Below are positions 52,801-64,000 of a stretch of 64,000 nucleotides of DNA, in pieces. The stretch lies in NCBI GenBank assembly GCA_973895155.1, contig OZ316894.1, positions 18,202,705-18,266,704 on the forward strand, given 5' to 3'. Position 1 is the first letter of the stretch. Every line of letters starts with the position of its first letter. The stretch comes from Marsupella aquatica (taxonomy: Eukaryota > Plantae > Marchantiophyta). The notes under the pieces were generated by a model. The model searched no databases and was not told the DNA's origin. It worked only from the letters and a program-made list of their open reading frames with translations. The position numbers and the translations under genes were made by a program.

Positions 52801-54782
52801 TAGAGGCTGGCCTGCTGGATTTTTCTGATTCTTGCCCTTACTATGTCCTGACAGGCGTTAGTTCCTCAGTCTGCAGCTGGAGTAACGGACTACATGTCTC
52901 AAGGGTCGTCTGGATCTGGTGCATCAGTATCCACGGTATTGCCAGAAAGCTCGAACGTGAGCTTTTTAGGAGACGATGAGATGTCTGACTGGTAAGCATC
53001 CGTCTTGACTTATGAAGTCCCTTCGTTTCGGGATGGAATGAGTAGTATGCAGTGTCAATGTTCCAAGAGAGCCATGAAGAATACACAACGTTGGTATGCC
53101 TTGTTGCTCAAGATTTGTCTTTTAGCTGATACTCGCTGAAATGACATTGATGCCCGAAATGTTGGGATGAAGCCACGTACGAAAATAGTGAAGAGCTTTG
53201 AGGTGGACGTCCGGAAGTCTCGTTATACACATTCCGAGGCGGAATGAATGAGAAATTTATGCGAGTGGTAATTCTGAATATTGTGTGGTTTACTTTCAGG
53301 CCCGTGGTAGTCGGACCTGCAGAGATTGCTTCAGTGGCTTCCGTTTGGTCAGGTATTCCCGTGCAACAGTTGACAGAGGACGAGCAAATGAAATTGATGG
53401 AATTGGAGAGTTTACTGCGGACCCGAGTCGTTGGCCAGGAAGACGCTGTTAGTGCTATCTCACGTGCAGTAAGGCGTGCACGAGTGGGTTTGAAAGATCC
53501 CGATCGTCCAATTGCAGCAATGCTTTTCTGTGGCCCAACTGGAGTAGGAAAGACAGAGCTAACCAAGGCTCTTGCCCAGCACTATTTTGGCTCTGTAAGT
53601 ACCGCTCCCAAGTAGTAGTAAACGTCCGTTTGTGTCAATCCTCCAAATTTTGAAATTTTTCGTTTTGAACGACTCAGGGAGGATTTTACAAATGTTCGTC
53701 GCCCTTTTTATCCTCTGGCTACTTTATTTGATTTATTTCCTCGAAGGAGTTCTTCGAATGTGCTGACCTGGACTTTCTGCATTGGCGATGAATTGCAGGA
53801 TGGCGCAATGATAAGGCTGGACATGAGTGAGTATATGGAAAGACACACAGTCAGCAAACTAATTGGATCTCCGCCAGGCTATGTCGGTTATGGAGATGGC
53901 GGTGCTTTAACAGAAGCAGTCAGAAGAAAACCCTACACTGTAATACTTCTGGACGAGATTGAAAAGGCACATCCTGACGTTTTCAACATTCTTCTTCAAG
54001 TATTTGAAGATGGACACCTTACAGACTCTCGGGGAAGGAAAGTGTCATTTAAGAATACTCTCATTGTCATGACATCGAATGTTGGGTCATCACAAATTGC
54101 AAGGGGAGGTAGCAACCAAATTGGGTTTACCTTTTCGGACGAAGCTGATGGTGGTAAATATTCTGCTTTGAAGGCTCTTGTCATGGATGAACTGAAGGGA
54201 TTTTTCAGGCCTGAGCTATTGAACAGGCTGGACGAGGTGGTGGTATTCCGCTCTTTAGAAAAAACTCAGGTAACTACGGACTATATATTTCTGTCCCTCG
54301 TGTCAAATAATTGTTGAGTAGTTGTTCTTAGGTCCATTCTGGTTTGGCTTATTCTAAACTATCAGCGTTCTCTTAAAGGCCATTGGAATAGTTGGAGGCC
54401 TCTCTTATGATCAATCGTCCTATGGCTAACTTTGCTTGTTGTGCACCAGGTTCGTACGATCGTGGATATGATGATGGAAGAGACCAAATCTCGACTTCTT
54501 GCTCGAGGAGTTGGTCTTGAGATATCTGAAGCAATGTTCCAACTGATATGCGACCAAGGGTATGACAGAAGTTATGGAGCCAGGCCCCTCCGCAGAGCTC
54601 TAGTTCGACTGGTAGAAGATAATTTGAGCGAGGCATTGTTGTCCGGTGTATATGAGGAAGGGGACACAGCTTTGGTGGACATCGACGAAACCGGTAATCC
54701 CACGGTGATCCGCCACGTGAAACCGGACCGTTGCGAGACGGAACTTTGTTTACCATTAGTGAAGCCTGTTGTCGTAACTTGA
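49826..54782 (+). CDS. CLPD: Chloroplast Hsp100 chaperone ClpD (ERD1), ~10 exons
   Basis: Transit peptide, then [35 protein letters not shown] (ClpD-type rather than ClpC). NBD1 has GEPGVGKT and IDEVHTLVG; NBD2 has [35 protein letters not shown] and YGARPLRR. Introns are GT-AG. Confidence 0.94.
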
Positions 54783-55504
54783 TGGATTCTCGTCGGAGAT
54801 TTTGAGCAACATGGGTAGGGACCTTATGGCTTGTCCGAGAACTGGTGTGATTTCCCCCGATTGCAACATCAAGAGACTGGAGTATGCAAGGTTGCTAATC
54901 CATGCTGGAATTTCCGAGAATATTTGTGAAGTCTCGAATGGCGAGGTGGTGGACCGTCCATTGGCGATTCTCCTTAGTAGGAAGGTCCGACATTGGCGGG
55001 TTTGAGATGGAAGCAACCTGCGGAAGGAAACAAATGTAGAGGAAGGAGTCCTGAGATACTTGTGTGTTAACTTCACCTTATCCCAAATTCTGTAGACTTG
55101 TTGAATCCCATTTGTGGTAGTGAGAGCAGGGATTTCTAAATTACTGACCCTGCAACTCTAGGTCGCAGAATTCGCCCATCGCAGCGGAGTATATAATTTT
55201 TCCGAGCGGCAGTAATGTTCTCGATTATCCTTCGCATTTCAGAGGGAAACATATGTAAATAGCTGTACAAAATTGTAATTCCGTCTGTCGCCATTGTAAA
55301 GATGGCTGTATTTTAAATCCTTTGGGACTCGGATCTGTCCGTATTGGTCCCTCGGCTCATATGATAATTTGGATTGAAATGTTTCATTCGATGGCAGAGC
55401 TTGTTTCTTTCTTTACTGCAAATTGAATACATTATCATAACTCAGATCGAACATTCCAAAGATTGCTGTCGTTAGTAGATGTTGTCGAGTTAACCCACCA
55501 CCAA

Positions 55505-55800
55505 CGTTCTTTGTTGACCTGTAATAGTCAGTGGGGATGCGGATGTTTCTCTGTGTTATATCGTGAACGACACTGAGGTCGTCACCATAGTTCTTTGTTG
55601 GCCTGTAGTAGTCAGTGAGGATGCGGCTAATTAAGATGTTTCTCTTTGTTATCTCTTGAAGACACTGGGGTCGTCACAGTGAGGATGCGCTAATTAAGAT
55701 GTTTCTCTGTTATCTCTTGAAAGACACTGGGGTCGTCACCAAAGTTCTTTGTTGGCATGAGGTTTCTTTGTGGTATCTCTTGGAAGATACTCGGGTTTTC
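55505..55800. repeat. Degenerate tandem repeat (~60-95-bp units) downstream of ClpD
   Basis: Repeated GATGTTTCTCT..TTATCTCTTGAAGACACTGGGGTCGTCAC and GTTCTTTGTTG blocks. Confidence 0.85.
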
Positions 55801-56729
55801 GACTGGACTAGGTTCAGTGCACCCAGTATGTTTGGATGCGTTAGCCGTTGGTGGCAGGCAGGACACTAGAGGCAATCGTGTCCAGGATCATAGTTTGGTC
55901 TCTTTTCGAAACCCGAGCATATCATGAAGTTCAGAAGTCTGCCCATATAGCGAATTTCTTGCTCCTCAGTTGTGGCTATAGAAGTAGAGGCTAGGGTTCA
56001 ATAGGCACCTGGGAGGAAACGATTTCTTCGTGACGTCGAGCGTAACGTTCAAGACACGGAGACTTTGCAGCAGCTCGCAGTTTTGATTTTGGCCAGTGAA
56101 TATCGGAGAAGCTTCGATTTCGACAATATGTGAATGTAGGTTTCATTGATTGTCTAGTCCTAGTTCCTAATGCGGACGGATATTTCGATGTCATTTTAAA
56201 TAGGTGTATCATTTTCATGTCATTCACAGTTGGTCCCGTCTTTGAACATTGAACGGGAGTACTCTTTTGGAATTGGATGACGTGACAGTTTTTCTCCTCC
56301 GTTCGAGATGGAGGGTGTACGAAATTCATTAAAAAGTAGCGCTAATGACCGGCAGATGCTCGGCTAACCTTGGGGAGATGAAAACTTCATTTTGACTACT
56401 TCCACCCAGGTCCGGTGGAATTCAAATTAAGGGTGGACACATTCCTCGGTTTACCCACAACAGAAACTACGATCTCAGTGCTCATCTACGTAGTCAAAGT
56501 AAAGGATTGTGAACAGTCGGGCCGTATGACCAGACATAACTAGAATGGGAAAATCCAGCATCCTAATATGGGTGACATACTATTTCACTACAAGACTTCA
56601 AGAATCAAAGTTGGACGCAACGAGCTGATAGTCCTCAAGCATCCCAATTTGATGGATGAACACTAGGCTTCCCCAGTGTTCATCCTTCTGCATGTGAGAA
56701 GAAATGACATTTGTTACTTCCCAGAATCA

Positions 56730-56927
56730 TGCTCCGCATGTCGAGATCAAACTGCTGCAATTGCATGTCTGAACATTCAATCTTACTAATAAATCGAGAT
56801 CAGAAGCTAGAGTTTAGGGTTTAGGGATCAGAAGCTAGAGTTTGCTCCGCATGTCGAGATCAAACTGCTGCAATTGCATGTCTGAACATTCAATCTCACT
56901 AATAAATCGAGATCAGAAGCTAGAGTT
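56730..56927. repeat. 85-bp direct duplication with a (TTTAGGG)2 spacer
   Basis: Copies at 56730-56814 and 56843-56927. TTTAGGG at 56813-56819 and 56820-56826. Confidence 0.92.
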
Positions 56928-57995
56928 GAGGTCATCATTTCTATTAACATTCAAAGAAGCTGGAGTTGAGGTAATCATTTCCATTAACATTCAAAGAGTA
57001 GCCATTCAGGCTTATAAGCAGACTGATAGAAACTGTCACGTGAATAACGGCTTTCTCGTTAAAACTCTAAAAGCTTTCAAGAATTCATTCTTCTTCAACG
57101 TCAAGGACAATTCACTCTTCTCTCTGCGTATTAATTGACGCAGCGACTCTCTGTACAGAGTAGGCTTTTTCAGTGAATAAGCCAAAAGATATTAAGAATC
57201 ATCCGACCGGGAGGTATCCTCTATCACCCAAAGTGAAAGTAAACATTGACAGTCGTAGACTCTCTGCACTCATAAGAAGTACTTTGGAACTCGAATGTAC
57301 AAGTCTGAACTTCTCCCTAGCTGCATGTAAACTAACACAATAATACTTTTTCATCTGCGATAGCCTTCTGGCGGCCAGTGAAATTCTACAATACACATAC
57401 AGCAGACGCTTTTGATAACTCTGTGCTTCCAATTTCAATTTGGAACGTGTCGGTGCATAGTGATGTTGCCATAGGGCTGGTGAACAGATCTATCAAGTGA
57501 GCTACAACATGAACGAAGTAAATCAAAAGATACATTGCCTATAACACAAGAACGATTACCCGAAATAAATGCCTACCAGGTATCTGCCACTGGTATAGAG
57601 CGACAGACAAATTGGCAGAAATAAAACTACTTGTTTCCCACATTTTGTACAAAGAAGGCAGATGGAAACCAATGGCACTAAAGCATATGTCCATCAACCA
57701 TAGCGCTCGTGCTAAGGAGTCTGTACATAGTGAAGTAGAATTAATTTGACCAAAAACCTATGCACAAAGAACATTTATACAAGTCTTCCTCTACATTTAG
57801 ACTGGAAACTTCCTCGGACTCCTTTAAAATACACCCACGATGTCTGGCCTCGTCACATAAATGAACGCTGACGTAGAGTAAATGCATTGACCATGTATCT
57901 TCGCCAGCTCTTTTACAGAGGATAATTTGATGTAGAAGCAACCTCCCATTGCACAGCCAGATCTTCAGAATACACTGCGAGGACAGCTGCAGAAC

Positions 57996-60900
57996 TCAAG
58001 GTAACGACGGGATAGATGTCTGACCACCTTTTGAGGGCAGCTGATTTGTGAGAAAGGATGCAAGAGACCATAGGCATAGCATTCCTAGGACTTGCAAAAC
58101 AAAGAGCAAGGTCTGCAGCGACCCATTTATAGACATCGTTTCTGCTGTTGCCTCCACTCCTTTCAACGAAAAGAGAAGACCTGCCACCAACTGCGCCGCC
58201 CGGTTGAGTTGGTGAAGCCTGTACATCTGGAAAATATGTGAGCGGGTTAGAAAGAGTCTTTCGAAGTATTATTATCTTCACAGCCGCAGGTCAAATGCAA
58301 GGGTCATCAATCAAAGAGTAAAATAAACAAGCCAGAAGTCCAATCCACTTTATTCTATGCTAAATTGGACTTTAAGACTAAAAATTCGTTCGTCCAATTT
58401 TTGCTAGAAACCTGTCTTTAGCTGTCTATTTCTATTTCCATTTTGAGGCTTGACGATAATACATGTCCTTAAAGAAAACAACACCGAACTCTAAAAAACT
58501 AGCTGCATTACTCCATCAGAAACGATTGCACTCTCTTGAAGGTACTTTCTATTTGCTTTGCTTTAGGTACGATTCAGGAGAGGAGGTACCACACTGGGAT
58601 GAATCAACTCTCAAAGAATTGAACGAGAGAAACAGAGGACGGATTTAAGATTGGCAACAAAGAACTAACATCCCTGCTATAATTCTCAAATAGCATCTAA
58701 CGCAACAAAATGGTCCACTGCTTGGAGAATTACTCAACACTGCTAATAATCTCCTGAACTAAAGGCAATACAGAAAATAGAGGTCGTCCGTAATGTGGCC
58801 CAGTGGGCGAGTCGACTATTATTTGGGCACGGGTCCAAGGTGCATTGAGCGTCGTCTCTCAGTTGAATACTCAGAATTCGAAAAGGGGCTGAAATTGCCT
58901 TCGGTTCTGGCATCGGGATGGGCTTTGCCGCAAGTCACCGGCACTTCTGCTGGAGCAGAATGCGACCACCAGAATGAGACAATCGAGTTCACAGCACTTT
59001 CCCACTACCTCAACCAGAGCTTCATAAGTCGATATCTGTCGTGCAAGAATTAACGTTTTCCGGGTTTAACAGGAGTGATCGCCTTAATTTCACTCCGTTC
59101 TTTACCGTAACTCTCTAATGCTTTCGAAAGGGATCGCTCTTCAATTGTTTCTGGCATTCCTTGCCTCCAGCGAATGGATTTCCACAAAAGAGGGTGGTGC
59201 ATAGACATAATTAGATCGAAAGGTTCATGCTCTCATAAGAAAACGCACCTGGAACGTGACGGGGACGAGCGGCCACACAGGCGAACGACGCGCGTGTACA
59301 ATGTGCTCAAAACCTAACTGTACAAGAAGGCCGACCATGTACGGGGCTAGAGCGGCAGCGGCTGCAGGACCTGTCCAAGGCCACACTACTACGAAAGTGG
59401 CAACCGGTAACAACACTCCAATCGCTAGAACAAACTTCGCACTCAGTCCGTAACCCAGCAAATAGACCGGCGACGCAGCTTCTATTTGTTCCGATGTAGA
59501 TGCAGATACTGCTCCTGCCGTCGCTAGTCGAGACATGTGAGCAACGTAAAGAAAGACCGAAGCACCGATGAAGAAAAGCGTCTCGGTGAAAAACAGGATC
59601 ACAAAATCTGCACCCAGAAAAAAATGTCCTCGCATGTCACTGGTTGTGCTTACAAAAGAGAAGCAACAAGTCATGACGCTTTCAGAAGCTGAATGTGTCC
59701 CCAACTTTAACATCAATTCGCACGGCAGTACATTTGAAATGCTGCAACTTAAAGAATACTGAAGTCATAATTGAGCCTTCCGTCGACCACTGACAAAAGT
59801 GTAGTGTCAGTTGTCTACTTTTGACCTTCAATTTGACGACATCATTCTGGCGACTTAGAGAACTAACTCAGTTTTCCATGTGACAAAACCGTCCCTTGAC
59901 AGGAGTTTACAAACTCAGCTCTCTCGCAAGAAAACTTCTACCCTCCTTATCACCTACTAACCCTCTGGATGCGAAAAACCGAATCTTAAGTATTCATGAT
60001 GAAATTGGCAGATCTCCAGAGCTTTCCTCCGTCTACTGAGTACATATCTGTGCATGGTTTAGATTTTAGTTCCTTTCCAGATACTAAAGCTTTACACCTT
60101 CGTTTGATTGTACACATATTGCAGTGTTCACGTTGTTCCTTGTTTGCACATGTGAACAGATGGGGATTAATAAAATAGTTCTAGCTTGCCAGAGTAAGAT
60201 CCATTTCTATTCACATCGTCAGGGGTACTGCGATACAGTATTAACTCATATATCATACCTGTGACAAGGGAGTCTTCAAGCAGAGATCCAAACATCTTAC
60301 GCAAGTACAGAGGAGGAAGCACAACCGAGGCAACCAAGATGAAAGGTCCTAGCGGCCAGATCATCGACCGTAAGTTGCTTTTGCTAGGAGAAGTGGAAAC
60401 AGATTGCTCCGCCTCCTCCTCCGTGGAAGAATCAATGCGCTGCGGGTAGAAAGAAACCAATCCGGCCTTTCCACCAACTTGGGAGACCACCTCCTCTGGG
60501 ACGTGACTAACAACATGGACAGGCTTTTCAGAGAAAACCTCTCCGGACGATACCCCGCTGATACTTGAATGCTGCTGCTCGTGCGTGTGGTCTTCAGCAT
60601 TTGGTTTCGGTTCTTCAAGCGGAGCAACCCCTACATTACAGCGGACTCTGGTTTCCCTTGTGGTTTTAGAATAGCGCAATTCGGCCACACAATCCAGCTG
60701 CAGGGTGTGCAGCCCTGAAGAAGCATCCCAGGCTCTGTCCTTTAATCGCTCTGCATGCCTCGGTGTCCTTCTCAGTTGTTGTTGCTGCTGCACTAACCCT
60801 CCTCCAGCAGGAAGGGCACATAAATTGAGCCTCGCCCTCCCCCTGAATTTCCCCAATCCCTTAACCGAAACGATTGCAGTATTAGTGCTTCTTCTTTGCT

Positions 60901-61024
60901 TGAAATAATGGTTCCACAAACTCCAACCATGACCACTTGGTCCAACCAGACTCCTTTCCTCGAGCCCAATCCCGCCCAGCGAAGCGATACTCACCGAGTT
61001 CATTATCGTGGCACAGGCATTCAT
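57996..61024 (-). CDS. Conserved plant multi-pass membrane protein of unknown function, probably plastid-targeted, 3 exons
   Basis: Exons 61024-60259, 59607-59249 and 58226-57996 join in frame via GT-AG. Motifs GPFILVASVVLPPLYLRK..EDSLVTDFVILFFTE, WPWTGPAAAAALAPY and SPVWPLVP..FQMYRLHQLNRAAQLV resemble an uncharacterised plant family (recalled as At5g63040-like, not checked). Confidence 0.85.
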
Positions 61025-63887
61025 CTTCGCGGGTCACAAAGCACGCAATTATCTCACGGTCACGACAACTCTACCTCCCATCACTCCCTCCATCTCTCCC
61101 CTCCAAAGGAACCCCCAAAGAACCTTCTCAATCCCCCTCCGCGCCTAAGCTCACCGATTCTCTTACTGCTGCTGTCAAAACCAACGGCGAATTCGGATTC
61201 AGGTTCTTTCAACGCCCAAAGACACACTAGCCGACGGACGAGGTGAACTAGACTAGAACGCGTAGCCTAAATTCCCCGCACTGTTGTCCATCCAAGCTTT
61301 TCCCATGCACACCACCTTTCCTTCTCCCTGCATGCTTCCGGACACTGCTGCAAAACCCAGCTTCTCTGCTCCAGAATGAGAGGGAGGCGGAAGAAAGAAT
61401 GAATGTCCCAAGGAGGTCACCACCAGCTGCTGCCAACGCGGAGCATGGAAAGTGCCACACCTCTAACCATCATCACATCCCCCTCCCCTCCGCCCCAATT
61501 CCTTCGACATCCCCTAAAATGCTCTGCTTCTCTCCTCTCCTCTTCTCGCCTCTCTCCTCTCCTCTGTTTTCCTCTGTTTTGCTCTGTTCTGGTGCCGAAT
61601 GTCGTCGAGCTTTTTCGTGGCCGAGAAATGAGGCCGACGAATGAGGGGAATCGAGCGCGAGGCTTTTTTGGAAATGGGGGCCAATCAATTCTCTCGGGGC
61701 TCATCATCTGCTTATCGCCCAATGCTGATAATCATTTCAGCTTTTCGGCACTGTAATAGGACGAGAGCATTCTCTAATGTAATCATGTGGTTACGGTAAT
61801 TTTTTACGTTTTTTCCTTTTTCGCCAAGGGGGTTAAGGATGAATGTCAACCTTGTGTGAAGGAGAAGGTGCTCACTAGATTTACTTGTCAGGTTTTTACT
61901 ACATTAATTTCTGACACTTCAATCTCCCCACAGTAGATTTAAGACTAAGGGTTCGATCTGGCTAATGGGGTTTGTGACCCATATCTATATCACTAATTGC
62001 CATGAGCTAGAGTTGGGGTCTAAGTTTCGTCTCTAGAGCCCACCTCTACTCTAGAGCCCACCACCAAAATTTTATTGGGTTTTACTTTTAGTACAAGTAA
62101 AGTGTTCCTTTCAAGAAAAATAATAATAAATTAGTGGATGGAAACAGCACTTAGGTTAGTCTAAGACAAAAAGGCTGGCAAATTTTAGCCAAAAGTGGTG
62201 AAGATTTTGACTGAGAAAGACCCGACCTGTTTTTGCCGTGGATCAATTACTTAATGTTTGCTAGTTGACAGCTGGTGGTTGTGCTGTGCATGCCAGGGCC
62301 AACAAGACGCTAACACCATCAATTGAGGGTCCCACTCTTGTCAAGTTGATGATAAGTGGAGTCAATTAGAAGGAAGGAACCTGGCTGCCTCCATAATATA
62401 ACGCCACAGTTCTCGGAAAATTAATTACTGACTGGCAAATAATCTGCTCTGCCATAGAACAAGGCTCCATGGAAAGTGGGAGTGTCAGGCCCAAAACCAT
62501 TTCCATGGAATCCGCAACTAATAACTTAAAGGTGCTGCTACATGTGGAAGCAGACTTAACCAGGCTTCCAATAACTGAGAACTTTTCACCACCACGCCAA
62601 TGCTATCACCGCTTCGATACTTGGTGAAATTTGATTTTCCTGAACCCAATGCATGACACCATTTTCTGACACAAGAGGTGGCTGGTACTCGAGTTCTCGT
62701 CTGTATGTCACACCCCTAAGAACTACAAGTGCCCCACCAGAAGGCAAGGATCCCAAAGCAGGAGACCCAATATAGGGGAGAAATCAAGGGGGAAGACCCA
62801 AGAAGACCAAAGAGCTAACAAGCCTCAGAGATCCCTAAGACTGCAATAGAACTAACGCACTGCTGAGGAGCTTTGTAACCCTCACGAGTAAACAGGTTAC
62901 AAAAAAGAATTGTGTAGAGGCTCCAAACTCAATTGTGTAGAGGATCTTGGCAGTCTGGTCTAGGGTTACTAGCCTGTGACCAGAAAATGAATAAAACCTG
63001 ACCGGCAATAGGGAAGCTCATCTAAGTTAGAAGCCATACCCAGACCTCCAGTATAGCATGTAATTACTGTCCAGAAAAAGTGTATTTCCAAGCACGAGAT
63101 TATGGGAATAACATATACCTCTAAAAATGGTTACACACCAGTAACCTACTTTCCTTACATAAATTATGAAGAACACTAAGAGTTCTATAGTATACCTATC
63201 ATACACCCACACTCTAATAGGCCATGAGGACAGAAACTGAGGGATAAGGCATTGGCTAGGGAAGAGAGACACCACATGCCCCTATGAAAAGGTCAAAGAT
63301 AGCATGTACAACCTTAAAAACCTCCAAAGCAAGTGGGTAAAACAATTTGTTAATGTAAAGACAAAAAATCACTTCAAGACAACAATGAAACATGCTATAA
63401 TGTAACAAGCACCATAAGTATGCCAGTGAGTACTTTTTGCCTTGAATGATTTCCTTACTTAGCAATAAGGGGTATCAAAGCTGACCCAGGGCGTCCTCAC
63501 AATTGACCAGCATGAATGGCAGTACACGTCAATGGAGGCCATTAGTTGTGTCATGGCTTGGCTGCCGGTTGTGACCCAAGGACTCCTCACGTGCCCTGCC
63601 TGAGTTACGGTACTTCAAAACTAGCATATCACAGAAAATGACAGAAGACGGGAGCGATGGAAGCAAAGAAGAGAGGAGAGCGCATGACACTTAGCCAGTT
63701 TTTGGCCTTGACTTGGAACCATACTTGGCCTCATTTCTGGAATGATGCTACTATAGCAGACTGAGGCTAACCATGGCCACCTAAAGTTTTTCAAAGGGTC
63801 TATCATGTGTGACACCACTTAATTAGAAGATATATGATCTCTGTTGTTGGATGGGGCAGAAAACCTTGATCGAACCTTGGCACACTC

Positions 63888-63990
63888 CGCCCCCCCGCAA
63901 CCCCCCCCCCCCCCCCCCCCCCCCCCCCACACACACACACATCTCTCTTCTCAAATCTTCATAGCTCTGTCACCATGGGGGGGGGGGCTT
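63888..63990. repeat. Poly-C/(CA)n tract with a nearby poly-G tract
   Basis: Direct reading of the sequence. Confidence 0.85.
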
Positions 63991-64000
63991 TACAATATAC

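Noticed and set aside
56654-56685. 11-bp hairpin as a Helitron end or miRNA
   Set aside because: There is no CTRR terminus at the expected distance, and the stem is too short for a pre-miRNA.

Overview
Eukaryotic land-plant nuclear DNA, with spliced genes, GT-AG introns and long TE-rich intergenic regions. The gene style and the gypsy integrase type suggest a bryophyte or liverwort (inference). Five host genes are recognisable: the last exon of PRMT3 (+, 163-717), chloroplast glutamyl peptidase CGEP (+, 22969-30884), an ESD4/ULP1-type SUMO protease (+, 37373-40870), the chloroplast chaperone ClpD/ERD1 (+, 49826-54782) and a conserved plant membrane protein (-, 61024-57996). The most unusual object is a TA-flanked ~5 kb pogo/Tigger DNA transposon with both termini present (10945-15942). 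It carries a DD33D transposase with a C-terminal PIP box and, directly downstream on the same strand, an ORF encoding a DNA polymerase X (Pol lambda)-type BRCT domain. Each ORF has one in-frame TGA, and the transposase also has a frameshift. An inverted copy of one end of the same family lies 24 kb away, beyond CGEP. Other features are a solo LTR with a 5-bp TSD nested in a C-rich element, a MITE with a 9-bp TSD inside a partial duplicate of ULP1 exon 1, a gypsy integrase remnant, telomere-repeat filler at a duplication junction, and many short tandem duplications. All calls are by eye; no database searches were run.
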